Part shown: piece by piece, positions 1 to 11,960 of the stretch
Numbering within the stretch: the stretch's first letter is position 1
How the letters are laid out: each line of letters opens with the position of its first letter
Source: Felis catus
Lineage: Eukaryota
Assembly (NCBI RefSeq): GCF_018350175.1
Contig: NC_058371.1
Span: forward strand, 200,880,001-200,944,000
Direction: 5' to 3'
DNA: 64,000 nt
The notes under the pieces: model-generated
The model's database searches: none
Told to the model about the DNA's origin: nothing
What the model saw: only the letters and a program-made list of their open reading frames with translations
Translations under genes and position numbers: made by a program

Positions 1-768
1 TAGATTAGACTGTCTCACAGTGAAAAACTTTTGTGCCTCAAGGGACATCATCAAGAAAGTGAAACAAAAAACAAACCTGGAATTGGAGAAAATGTTTGCA
101 AATCCTGTACCTAATGGAATGTGTGTTCAGAAGAGATACTTATAAAATGGGCCAGTATTTGAATAGACATTTGTCCAGAGAATATGCACAAGTGACCAGT
201 AAGCACATGAAAGGATGCTCCCTAGTCATTAGGGAAATGCAAACCGTGATGAGACACCACTTCACACCCGTTGGGGTAACCAAAATAAAACCCAGACGGT
301 GACGAGCGTTGGTGGGGATGTGGAGGAAGTGGGACCCTGAAAAGCAGGGGATATAAACCTGCTTTGAAAATTGTCAGTTCTTCAGAAGGTGGAACACAGA
401 GATGCCTGTGACCCAGCAACTCCACTCCTAGGTGTGTAATCAGAAGAAGAGAAAACATACGCCCATACAAAAACTTGTATATGAGTGTTCGTAATAGCCA
501 AAAGGTAAAGCAATCCGAATGCCCATCAACAAATTAATAGAATATGGTGTGTGATTGCAGTGGAATAACATTCAGCCCTAAAAGGGGTGGGGTGCTGACA
601 CGCGTCACAGCGTGGATGAGCCCTCAGAACATTGTACTGAAAGCAGCCAGACACAGAAGGAGATGCATCGTATCCTTCCCGTTTGTATGAAATGTCCAGA
701 GTCGGCCAATCTGCAGAGACAATGGGTCAGTAGTTAGCCTGCTAATAGTACAGGGTTTCATTGGAGGC
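1..768 (+). mobile_element. Old L1 (L1M-type) 3' ORF2/3'UTR fragment, 5' part
   Basis: Degenerate L1 ORF2 C-terminal sequence (aaaaacttttgtgcctcaagggacatcatcaagaaagtg, aagcacatgaaaggatgctc, agccagacacagaagg); resumes at ~1651-1765 after younger insertions. Confidence 0.75.
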
Positions 769-778
769 GATGAGTAGG

Positions 779-1477
779 GGTTTTTTTGTTTTTTTTATTT
801 AGTGTTTTATTTTTTTAATTTACATCCAAATTAGTTAGCATATAGTGCAACAATGATTTCAGGAGTAGATTCCTTAGTGCCCCTTACCCATTTAGCCCAT
901 CCCCTCTCCCACACCCCCTCCAGCAATTCTCAGTTCTCCATATTTATGAGTCTCTTACGCTTTGTCCCCCTCCCTGTTTTTGTTATTTTTGTTTCCCTTC
1001 CCTTATGTTCATCTGTTTTGTCTCTTAAAGTCCTTATGAGTGAAGTCATAGGATTTTTGTCTTTCTCTGATTTCACTTAGCATAATACCTCCAGTNNNNN
1101 NNNNNNNNNNNNNNNNNNNNNNNNNNNNNNNNNNNNNNNNNNNNNNNNNNNNNNNNNNNNNNNNNNNNNNNNNNNNNNNNNNNNNNNNNNNNNNNNNNNN
1201 NNNNNNNNNNNNNNNNNNNNNNNNNNNNNNNNNNNNNNNNNNNNNNNNNNNNNNNNNNNNNNNNNNNNNNNNNNNNNNNNNNNNNNNNNNTAGGCTACTG
1301 TCGATAGTGCTGCTGTAAACATTGGGGTGCATGTGTCCCTTTGAAACAGCACACCTGTATCCCTTGGATAAATGCCTAGTGGTGCAATTGGTGGGTCGTC
1401 GGGTAGTTCTATTTTTAGTTTTTTTTGAGGAACCTCCATACTGTTTTCCAGAGTGGCTGCACCAGCTTGCATTCCCA
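779..1477 (-). mobile_element. 5'-truncated young felid L1 (L1_Fc-like) 3' end with target-site duplication
   Basis: T-rich tail at 781+, L1_Fc-like 3'UTR (aattagttagcatatagtgcaacaatgatttcagg), ORF2 end on minus strand (ATLENSMEVPQKKLKIELPDDP); GATGAGTAGG at 769-778 and 1478-1487. Confidence 0.85.
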
Positions 1478-1508
1478 GATGAGTAGGTTTTAAAATGAGA
1501 TAGGGGAA

Positions 1509-1650
1509 GGGTGCTTGGGTGGCTCTGTCGGTTAAGCGCCTGACTCTTGATTTCAGATCAGGTCTTAATCTCAGGGTCATGAGTTCAGGCCCCGAGTTGG
1601 GCTCCATGTTGGGTGTGGATCCTGCTTAAAAAAACCAAAAACCCAAAAAA
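1509..1650 (+). mobile_element. Can-SINE, short older type
   Basis: gggtgcttgggtggctctgtcggttaagcg head, A-rich tail. Confidence 0.85.
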
Positions 1651-1765
1651 GATAGTGGTGAGGGTTGCCTAATCACCACTGAATTATATTGAAAACCACT
1701 GAATTGCACACTTTAGAAGAGTAAATTTTGTGGTATGTGAATACAACTGTTATTGTAAAAAATTA
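1651..1765 (+). mobile_element. Old L1 3' terminus (continuation of 1-768)
   Basis: aaccactgaattgcacactttagaagagtaaattttgtggtatgtgaat resembles L1MB/MC 3' end. Confidence 0.6.
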
Positions 1766-2105
1766 GCATTAACAGATGAACATTTGTATTTGATTTTGAT
1801 GGTAGGGAACATTAACTATGTACCCCAGAGAAGCAAATGTTTTATCTCCTCTCCTCCCCAAGAGTTTTGTCCTTCTCATTAGTAGGGCTGAGAACAGAAA
1901 ATCGTACTGAATTATAGTTTGAATTCCATCAATAAAAACATTGTTGTGAGACTTTCTCTGCTTTTTGTAAAAGTACCTATAATTGTATCCTTGGTGATCC
2001 TCTTGGCCTGCCAAGTTGAAAATATTGTCTGGCGCTCTACAGAAAACGTTTGCTGTTCCTTGGTCCCTTGCTCTAGCACCTTGTTTCCTCTGCCTGGTAT
2101 CTCCC

Positions 2106-2142
2106 CTTCTCTAGTCCAGACTTCTCTAGTCCAGACTTCTCT
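2106..2142. repeat. 15-bp tandem repeat (CTTCTCTAGTCCAGA)x2.5
   Basis: Exact copies at 2106-2120 and 2121-2135 plus partial third. Confidence 0.9.
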
Positions 2143-2565
2143 TCGCTCTCGCAAGGCTCCACTTCAGCCACCTTTCCTTCCGTGGGAAGCCTCTGCTTAG
2201 CAGCCAAGTGAGCTTCCCAAGTGCTTCTTGTACCATTTCTAATAGCAACAGCCGTACCCCAGTCATTTGCTTCTGTGTCTGTATTTCGCACCAGACTGTG
2301 CACGTCTGGCAAGCAGGGACTCTGCCGCGTTCGTTCTTGTGATCCCTAGTGCCTAAAGAAGACACTTCAGTCGTTACTGGATGAATGGGTGAATCCACAT
2401 TCGTGTATAAACCTCGGGATGCCAAACAGGAAACATGAAGCCGACGCCAGATTCCCGTTGTAAGTGAAGAGCTGCAGGAGCTCTTCTCATTTCTCCATAT
2501 TCTTGACCTAATACGTTTTCTATGAAAAAAAATATACAGCTTTAAGAAAAAAATTTAAAAAAAAG

Positions 2566-2770
2566 TTTAATGTTTATTTATTTTTGAGAGAGAAGGAGGT
2601 ACAGCATGAGCAGGGGAGGGACAGAGACAGAGGGAGACACAGAATCCGAAGCAGGCTCCAGGCTCCCAGCTGTCAGCACAGAGCCCGACGGGGGGCTTGA
2701 ACTCACGAGCCACGAGATCATGACCCCAGATGAGGTCGGACACTCAACCGACTGCGCCACCCAGGCCCCC
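2566..2770 (-). mobile_element. Can-SINE (SINEC_Fc-like), full length
   Basis: tttaatgtttatttatttttgagag...acacagaatccgaagcaggctccagg...ccacccaggcccc. Confidence 0.95.
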
Positions 2771-2777
2771 CCCAAAA

Positions 2778-2975
2778 TTTTTTTTTAAATGTTTATTTGT
2801 TTTTGAGAGAGAGAGAGGCAGGGGGAGGGGCAGAGAGAGGGAGACACAGAATCCGAAGCAGGCTCCAGGCTCTGAGCTGTCAGCACAGGGCCTGACGTGT
2901 GGCTCAAACCCACAAACTGTGAGATCACGACCTGAGCCCAAGTCAGACGCTTAACCAACTGAGCCACCCAGGCGC
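2778..2975 (-). mobile_element. Can-SINE (SINEC_Fc-like), full length, tandem with previous
   Basis: Same diagnostic body, head ends gagccacccaggcgc. Confidence 0.95.
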
Positions 2976-3059
2976 GGTGCCCCCCCCCCCACCGCCCCCA
3001 ATATAGCTTTGACTATTAAGGGAGTATGGCCTAATTACAAGAAAAATCAGAAAATAAAA

Positions 3060-3560
3060 TGAGTGTCCTCCTCCTACTCACCAAAAGATAAGCTCCTTAG
3101 TGACCTCTTAGTTCATTTCTGAGACATTTTAATGCACATTAGTGTGTGCGTATGTGCAAATGCGTTAATAAAAAAATGAGATCGTCCTTTTGTGTAAACT
3201 GTTTGTCTTACGTACACTGTGAATGGCTTTGTGTGTCAATAAATATGCTTCGTAATTTCCGTAATGGCTATAATATCTCATCACCTGGATGAATCGTAAC
3301 TTATTTAAACCAAGTCCTTATTTGGCATTTCAGTTGTTTCTGCTGGTTTGCCTTGATTGACCGCTGTCCGATCAGCATTGCAGTAGCTAAATCCGTGCAC
3401 ACGAGGGCGGTTATTTGGTTAGGATAAATTCTCAGAAGTAGAATTATTAGACTGAAAGTGCATGCCCATGTTTGAAAAGTTGGACACGTGTTGTCAGACT
3501 GCCCTTCAGAAAGAGCACCTGTCCATGTGAAGTTTGAAAGTGCCTTCTGTCTGCCTAATA
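3060..3560 (-). mobile_element. Ancient L1 (L1ME-like) 3' fragment
   Basis: taggataaattctcagaagtagaattattaga...tgtcagactgcccttcagaaag resembles minus-strand L1ME 3'UTR. Confidence 0.5.
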
Positions 3561-4154
3561 AAACTTGATTGAGATCTTTGAAGGTGTTACCTCTGCCGGG
3601 TAGAGAGATGTTCGTATTGCTCAAGAAGGAGAAAGAGCCAATCTCAGCAGCTCAAACAACAAGGAGTCCCTTTTTCCATAATTAAATAACGTTTCTGCCC
3701 TCTTTGCTCTAAATACTATGAACAGTAGAGAAAATGACATTTCTCTCTGCCTTTGGAAGCTTCGAGTCTGCATTGTTATGGTTCTGTCCACTCTCCCTGT
3801 CAGAGGACAAGCCCTGTCTCTGGAAGATATCACTGATAAGGAATGTCCGGTTTCAGGTGTAGTCCAGCCAAACACATTAGATAATGGAAATATACTGATA
3901 TACTTACTTGGCCATCAAACACATTTTCCTTTGGAAAATTGGAATTGACACCACTCGGCCAGAAAAATCTGGTTTGCAGGTTCATGAGATCTGCAGACAT
4001 GCCCAAGAAATTAAGTAGAAGTGTGCTAATTATGATGGGTGTAGATGGAGGGATTGTTCTCCCGCTCTTATCTGGTGGCACAGATAAGAAATAAAAGTGA
4101 TTTCTGTGCATTGGATCAAAGTAAAAATTGGGTTTGATGGCGTGTAATTTGATC

Positions 4155-4411
4155 TTTTATTTATTTATTTTTTTAATGTTTTAAAATGTTTTTATTTATT
4201 TTTGAGAGAAACAGTGTGAGCAGGGGAGGCACACAGAGAGAGAGAGACAGAGAGACAGAGAGACAGAGAGAGAGAAAGACACAGAATCCGAAGCAGGCTC
4301 CAGGCTCTGAGCTGTCAGCACAGAGCCCAATGCTGGGCTCAAACTCATCAACCATGAGATCATGACCTGAGCTGAAGGTGGCACTTAACCGACTGAGCCA
4401 CCCAGGCGCCC
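4155..4411 (-). mobile_element. Can-SINE (SINEC_Fc-like) with expanded (GA/GACA)n tract
   Basis: Typical body and head; agagagagagacagagagacagagagacagagagagagaaag tract. Confidence 0.95.
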
Positions 4412-5436
4412 TACATCTTTTAAAATCTTTTGAGTTCATTATTATTATGCTTTTCCTTCTTTTTTCATCTTATTCATATATTCATATCTGTTTCCTGACG
4501 ACCCACTGTAGGCCATGTCTTCTAAGCAATTTTTAAAATGTTGCCTTTGTCTGTCATTCTGATCTTTTTTCCTTATTGTCCACTGGTTTTAATCATAATT
4601 TGTTAAATGGAAACCCTTTTAAAAGGCAAAACAAAGTAGCAAAGCAATTCAAGATACTACTTAAAGTCCCAGTTGAGGGAAAGAGCTATAAACTTACATC
4701 TTGGAATATTATATAGCCAAAGAATTTGTGGTAACATGGGGTAAGGTTTACAGATCAGTAAGTTAAGTACAATTACAATATTCTACAAATAGTGTGAGTT
4801 CAAATCTCTGCTTTTTAAAGCATACAGAAAAGACCAAATGAAGCAGTCCAGATTATTCTAGTTTTCACTGAATGGTAGGCTCACGGATAATTTTGCCTCC
4901 TTCCTCTTCAAATTTTTATAACGGGCATATGTAACCAAGGGGAAACATAAAATTAAAATGCCAGCATAAAATATTTTGTGTGTGTTGCTTTTTAGACGAT
5001 AAGGTGAAGAAATAGGGACTGAACCGTTTAACTGTTAACTGTTAAAATCTGGTAGTTATATGAACACTGTCAAAAGAGTGGGAAGCACAGAAGAGAAGAC
5101 ATTTAATTGTGAATGATTTGGAATTTATACTGAAATTTGGATATACAATACTTGCATTTACTTAAAAATGTCTGAGTTCGTTAGCATTTACTTTGTCAGT
5201 GGGTCAGGTTCATCAAGGTCATAAATAATGTAACGATAATCTCAATAATAGATGCCAAATGAATGGATTCTCGTCAAGTGCTCTGATTGACAGTGTTCTG
5301 TGGTCTCTTACTAGCGGGTGCCATTCTGTGATGAACATACCTGGTAGGGAATGTGTGTGTGAGCGTGTGGGAAATAATAGAGTATGAAACTTGTTATTTC
5401 ATCTTGTTCATTGAACTCTGTCTAANNNNNNNNNNN

Positions 5437-5574
5437 NNNNNNNNNNNNNNNNNNNNNNNNNNNNNNNNNNNNNNNNNNNNNNNNNNNNNNNNNNNNNNNN
5501 NNNNNNNNNNNNNNNNNNNNNNNNNNNNNNNNNNNNNNNNNNNNNNNNNNNNNNNNNNNNNNNNNTCTGATGAA
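5437..5574 (+). CDS. KIAA0232: KIAA0232 coding exon (ENDIFLG...RSASDE), largely masked by N
   Basis: Visible 3' end TCT GAT GAA|gtaggt (S-D-E, phase-0 donor at 5575) joins in frame to SSGIETL exon; start inferred from recalled 138-nt human exon length. Confidence 0.7.
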
Positions 5575-5940
5575 GTAGGTTTGCATTTTGTTTCTAATAC
5601 TTACGAGAAGAAGAAAGAGGCGGGGCGGGGGGTGGGGCTAAAGGTACACAAACGCAACGGCTTGACCAAAACAACTTAGGAAACTAAACTATTCATTGTC
5701 TTACCACTGTGATGTGAACACGGTCCTTTTCTCCTTTTTGGCATTTTTCTTCATAAGTTGAGTTTTATAAAGTACATTCTTTCATAAGTGCTATTAGCGT
5801 ATACACAAAATTTTATGTCCTTTTTTTCCGATTTAACATGTTCTATCTTCTTACATTATCTTCATTCTTTTTAGTGGCTAAGTTATATTTCTTCAAGCAA
5901 TATTCCAACAGCAATATAATATACTCTTTATTACTGGCTA

Positions 5941-6040
5941 TTTAGTTTTTTTTGGGGGGGGGAGTTATCTCTACACTCAGACTCCTGACTCCCAAGATCA
6001 AGGGTTCCATGTTCTTCTGACTGAGCCATCCAGGGGCCCT
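5941..6040 (-). mobile_element. Can-SINE, short older type
   Basis: T tail, ctcccaagatcaaggg...ctgactgagccatccaggggccc head. Confidence 0.8.
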
Positions 6041-6235
6041 ACTTAGTTTGCTCTTGAGTTTTTTTATGCTGTCCAGAGTGTTTCCACGTGTGGCTTTTCC
6101 GTGTCCTATATTACTTTTAGCTGCATTCCCATAAGTGGGGTAGCAGTGCTGGTATTTTAAGGACACTGTCTTTGTTTATGATTCATAATTTTTTGTTTGT
6201 TTTTTAGAAAATATCGTAAGATTTTTTTGTTTCAG

Positions 6236-6284
6236 CTCCATGCCTGTCGCGTTGCTCTACGAACTGAGCCAGCCAGGTGCCCCC
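6236..6284 (-). mobile_element. Can-SINE head fragment
   Basis: gctctacgaactgagccagccaggtgcccc. Confidence 0.7.
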
Positions 6285-9146
6285 TGTAAGATTATTTTCA
6301 TCCATCTTCTAATGCTTCACGTAAAATATTTCTCCTGTCCTTCATGCTGACAGAACAAAATAGATTTAGAGTAAAATCACCCATTTAGATTAATACTGTG
6401 CAGTTCTTATTACTCAGGACAAGACGTACTCTCTGAGATCATAACCACTTAGAAAATTATGTCGCTTTCACCACTGTTTGCGACGGTGCGGTTCGAAAAG
6501 TACCTTTGTAAAGCAGAGTCGAATTGGGAGGATTCATACAAGTTACCGAAACTGCCTCCTGAGCTGAGTCCTCTAAAGGCTGATGTTGGGGTAACCAGGG
6601 TTGCTACATCTGATAATCTACAGAGGTGTGTTCTTCCTGGCTGCCGCCCACCACGCATGCCTCTTGAGTTTTGTTCAGTGCTTCCCGGCAGTGTGTTCTC
6701 CTCCTGCTCAGAATCGTCTGCGAGAGCCCAGGCCCCTGGCGTGGGCTCCCGCTGCCTCGTGCTGCCTCACGTCCTCCACTGCGGGCGTTCGTCCTGGCTC
6801 CCCTTCGTCACCGCGCTCACGGTGCTCCTCGGGGACTGAGGCTGGGAGCTGCCCGTGTGTTCATGTCCTGGTACCTAACTGAGCGAGTACGATCACTGGC
6901 GGTACCGAATTTCTCTTGAGCGGAGTTGAATGCTCAGGTGTTCCAGGAGTGTTCCTTGTCGTCCCGCCCTTGTCCTCTCCCTCTGTTCTCCTCTCCCCTC
7001 CCCACCCCTTTGATTTGTTAACCTCTGATCTCTCGGAACTGCTGCCTCGTAGACTGTGGGATAGGACTTTGGAAGTGACCGCTCATGGGTGGTCTTGATC
7101 AGGTACCACTTCGTTTTGGCAAGTGGGACGTAATGAGCCTGGTCGAAGGAGTGGGAATACACCTGCGGCACACAGGGGACTCGCGACGCCGAGTGCTGGA
7201 GACGCAGGGCCGGAGAAGCGGCCTGAACGGCCAGCAAAATGATGGACAGCCAGAGTCATTTTCTCTAATGAGCCACAATCTCTCCTTCGCTTCTCTCTCT
7301 GCTTCTGGGTCATTCCCTCTCGTCTGAAGGCTGGTGGAAGCTGGGACCCAGCACCTGTCACCTAGGGAGAAACACAAGTGGCCGGGAGTCCACCGGTTTG
7401 GATGCGTGGCAAGGAGGGGGCAGAGTTGCCTGGGGGGGGGGGGGGGGGGTCCCGTCCTTGAGCAGGGGCAGTGCTCACACAGAGAAAAGGGGGTGGTCGG
7501 AGGCTTCCTCAAAAGCCATTTTCTACCCGACCCAGAAGGGAAAGTAATTTGGAGTGTAAAATGCAGGTGCCTTTTTAAAGGAGAGGTTAGTTCAGGTAAA
7601 TTCTTTGAGCAAATTCCAAAGAAGCTGCTGAGTCATGGTTGGGAGGAGAATGCGAGGTGAGGGTTTCAGTCTGGGAAGGGATCTTATTTCTGCTTTGGAC
7701 CAGAGTTGCTGTGAAATGACTCTTGCCTTGACTCATGGCGGAGGGGAGCTGAGTGGAAAACAAGGGCGCCCCGAGCGAACGATCGAGGAACGAGGAGTGT
7801 GGGCCCCTGCTCCCCGGCCTGCTGAGCTCTGGGCCGGTTGATGCTGGCCGGGCGTGGCAAGTGCTGGCGGCGGTGGACAGAGGAGGGCGTTTCTTGACGT
7901 TGTTGCTTTGCAGAAATGCTTTTCTTTGCTGGGAAGCCAAAGCTGGGAGTTTTGTTTACAAACCCAGTGAAGTGTACTTGTCCAGTTTCTTCTTATTTTG
8001 TAAAATAATTGTTGCATTGCTTTTTCCTAATGATTGTTTTTAATCCTATCAGCTGAAAATCAGCTGAGGAAACGAACCCGCCAGGCATGTGCCAGGAGCT
8101 GGGTACGAGCTTAGGGAACGAAGGAAGCGGAAGAAGGAAGTTCTCAAGCCCCGCCTGCCTTTTTCGGACCGCCCGCTGTGATGTGTGTGCATCCGCACAG
8201 CGTCCTCAGGCGGGCTCTCCTGGCTTTTGGGGAGTCAGTGGAAAGAACCTGGTGGGGGGGGGGGGCGGGAATCCTCTTTCTTTGTGGCCTGGAACAACAG
8301 AAGGGAATCACTGTGCATGTTCATCAACTATAGGCTATACGTCCCCAGGCTTTTCTTTCTAGACTCTGCCTGCTGGCTGCAGTGAAAATAAAGGACAAAC
8401 AGGTCCTACCTAGGAAATGAGAACGCTGACGTTTTGCTCTCTGTTTGGGCCACAGTGAATGTTGGCCTGTGGGTGTGATGTTCATTTCCTAGGACTGAGG
8501 ACGGTGATGCACGTGCTTCCGCGCTTTCCCACCCAGCCACTGCCAGTTGATCAGAATCAAAAGCCGCTAGACAGTTTACAGTCTGACGGGAATGCTAGTG
8601 ACGTAACCGCGAGGGTAACCTGAGTGCTGCTGTCGTTCTGTTGGGTCGGCCGGCAGAGGTGAGGTTAAGCGTTACCTGGGAGATGAGTTCTTTTCTCGTG
8701 ACCTCCACGTGTGCCTGTGTGACGATTACAGGTGCGGCGTTAGTCGTTGCTGTAAAAGCAGCCGTAGCGTCAGACTCCAGTGCGTCATGGTTGCCGTGGA
8801 GAGGCTGACTTCCCGGACTGTGCCTCTCCATGCTCGTGATGTGACTCTGTGTCTCCTTCCGCTTTGTCCCTGCGACAAGTTGTGCCCCACATCACAGCTC
8901 TGACCTGCTTACCTCAATGTTTTGTCACAGAGGCATCGCCGAAACAGCACGGAACACAGTTATGTCAAACTTAACTGTACACGTTGTTAAAATTTGGCAA
9001 AGAATTTGGGCGGTTGGTGAGTGTTTATTCCTCCAGGAGATCATGACCCTCACGGGCCTTGCTGTTTGTTAGGTTCTGCTGAAACTGCTTCTGCCAGTTC
9101 CCTTTGCTTGCACGTGCAAATAACACACAGTTCTCTGGCCAGCCAT

Positions 9147-9358
9147 TTTCTTTTCTTTTTTTTTTTTTGAATGTTTATTTTTGAGAGAGTGTGTGTGTGA
9201 GCAGGGAGGGGCAGACAGAAGGGGAGAAAGAGAGGATCCCAAGCAGGCTCTGTGCTGTCGGCACGGAGCCCGACGCGGGGCTTGAACCCACAAACCGTGA
9301 CATGAGCTGAGCCAAAACCTAGAGTCGGACGCTCAACCGACTGAACCCCCCACCCCCC
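9147..9358 (-). mobile_element. Can-SINE (SINEC_Fc2-like)
   Basis: T tail, gatcccaagcaggctctgtgctgtcggcacggagcccgacgcggggc body. Confidence 0.9.
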
Positions 9359-10169
9359 ACCTTCCCCCAGCCCTTGGCCATTCATTTTCTGTAGCATGCT
9401 TCGCACCTGCTGTGGCTGCATTGTAACAGGGCCCGTAATGGGGCTGGTGCAGCTCACACGTCCCCCAAATGTGCTTTTATTAAGTGATGCTTTCCTGAGC
9501 TCTCTGTCTCTGTTGTCAGTGGACGCGGCATGTGCCTGAGGTTGAATACATCCAGATCCCTTGCCCCGTTTTAAGAAACATAAAAGAGCGTTGAGGTTTG
9601 TCAGCTATCGTTATTTACAATCCTCAAGTTGAGTTGGCTCTGCCTTCTCTGTCCCCAGAGTTAAGGCTTTTCATATTGTTTGTTTTGTTTTCATAATAAG
9701 TAGTTCTATTTCTGCTTGTTTTAATGGAGCTTCTGAAAACTGCACTAAAGGTGGTAGTTCGCCGTCCATTTGGGGGCGTCCTTGGAAGATGAGGAGCTGC
9801 ACCCGGCCGTGGGGGGGCCGTAAGTGAGGCTCAGAGGCAGTATAGCTTTACATTTTGGGTGTCGTCCCGCCCCACCCACCCCATCGAAGAGCCTCGCAGA
9901 GGATTGATGCCCCGGCTACAGCGGGGCCCTTATTCAGTTGCTCGTGTTCTCACACTGACCGAAACCCACCAGTAAGAGTAATACTCCATCGTAGTATTTG
10001 CATGTGTGTTGTTCGTAGGCTGTGCCGGGTTGGGTATACAAGATACGAAAACCATGTTACGTGTTTCCTGGCAGTTTACTGTTAAAGTTAATTTTGACGA
10101 TGTATTTGCACACTGACTTCTGAACTTAACTCGTTCTGGATAATAAAACAAGGATCAGAACAATGGTAA

Positions 10170-11300
10170 CTAACATTTATGGAGCACTTAAAAATGTATG
10201 AGATTCTGAGCTGTGCAAGAGGTGAGGCTGTGCTCCCCCTATAGGCCAGACCCCTGAGAAGCCCGTGGCTAAAGCTGAGAAAGCTCACGGTGGTTGTGTG
10301 GTCACAGCCAGCCGTGCCGAAGAAGCCTTGGCCTTATCTCCTCACTCTAGGTGGAGGGAGGGGCATTCAGGGGCACCTGGAGGCCGTTGGGAGGGTTTTG
10401 GCTCTTCCGCGGGGAGGTGGCAGAGGGCTGGAGGGTCTGGAGCAGAGGCTAGTGTAACCTGACTTTGACACTGATAGGGCCCCATGGGCCGCTGGGCTGG
10501 GGGTGGTGGGGGGGCAGGGGAAGACTCCGAGAAAGCGGTGGTCTGGAAGGGAGAGGACCGTGAGCGCTAGTTGGATTCTAGATATATTTTGAAGGTAGAG
10601 CTGACGGCCCCATTTGGAGTGGAGAAGAGGGAGGAACCCAGCGAGGGATAGCCAAGGTTTCTGGTCTGAGCAGCTGCAAGAATGGAATTTTCATGTCTGA
10701 GGAAAGGAAATCAGGGAAGAAACACTAATCTGTGGGTGGGTGGGTGGGTGAGGGTGTGAATAGAGCTTTGAATGTGAGCTCCCAGGGAGAGGGCCAAGTG
10801 GAGACTCCGGAAGGCGGCTGGGTGGTTCTGGAGGAGGCTGGACAATAGACTGTTGGCTTGTGTGTGTATCTCGCCCAGACCTGGCGCGCCCCTGTCTCTG
10901 GGGCCAGGTGGGAAGCTGCATAGGGAAGACAGTAAGGTGCGGTGAGGCCTGTGGGGCCCCGGCCCAGCCCCGCACTAGCTGGTTGCCGCCGTGGCAGATG
11001 TGGTCCTGATGGGGCCAGAACTTCTGAGCTCGCTTTAGGAAAGGTGGGAAATTGTGGTTTCTGCAGGAAATTCCTGACTTTTAAATGTCAAGAAGTAAGG
11101 GTAGGAGAAAGGCAAGAAAGGGGGAACAGCTGCTATAAAATCTGTGGCTGAGGGGAGTGAAAGGGCAAAACAGAGGCACGTGAGGTGCTGTGGCATGGGA
11201 CGTAAAAAGGACCGAGTGCCTGAGGGTGCAGAGGCAGACGGGGGAAGGTACAGAGAATATGGAGCATTGAATAGCTGTGTGCCTGGCTTTAGAAGTAAGT
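10170..11300 (-). mobile_element. L2 fragment(s)
   Basis: gatatattttgaaggtagagctgacgg and aaggtttctggtctgagcagctg resemble minus-strand L2 body. Confidence 0.5.
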
Positions 11301-11399
11301 TCTTACAAGCGAAGCCCCCCTCCCCCCGCTGCGCTCTTTCCCGATGGCGCGTTTGTCCGTCTCTCTCAGGTGCTCCCGCTGTCCTGAACGTGGACTTGT

Positions 11400-11960
11400 C
11401 CTTCCCGTGCATATCTGTATACTTTCACTAAACACTGCTTCGGGAGCACACCAGTGGGAGACTTTCACATGTTAACTTTATGTGAGCAGAGCCACACTGC
11501 ACATGTTTTGCAACTTCTCTTAGTCAACATTTTTGAAGTTTTATCTGTGCTTGATAATGCGATTAACTCCTTTTCGCTGCCAAACAGTTGCCATTGTAAG
11601 ACCATATAGCTGTTTATTCTCCTGGCAACGGACCTTCCAATTCTGTCCCATTTTTGACTGTTAATAAAGAGTACAGTAGGGAGCACTCTGTGCACGTGTC
11701 CTTGTGCACACGCAAGGCTTGTCCGGGGAGCACTCTGCATACGTGTGCCCTCATGCACACACAGGGCTTTTCTAGAGGTCGTCCAGGGAGCGCTCTGCAC
11801 GCACATCCTTGTGCGCACGGGGCTTTTCTGGAGTTGATATGTGGATGTCAGATTGCTGGATTAGAGTCAGGGTGTTTTAACTGTTTTACCATCACGGGCT
11901 TTTATTTGGTGGAAGCTACGGGACTAACCAGAAAGATACACTAACCTGTTGTTACGTGCA
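11400..11960 (-). mobile_element. Ancient L1 (L1ME-like) 3' fragment with internal triplication
   Basis: ggatgtcagattgctggattagagtcaggg motif; gggagc-ctctg unit repeated at 11679, 11726, 11786. Confidence 0.5.

Noticed and set aside
3718-3770. ENDISLCLWK resembling the masked exon start ENDIFLGWEK
   Set aside because: Only ~11 nt match, similarity stops at once, no matching donor; most likely chance rather than a duplicated exon
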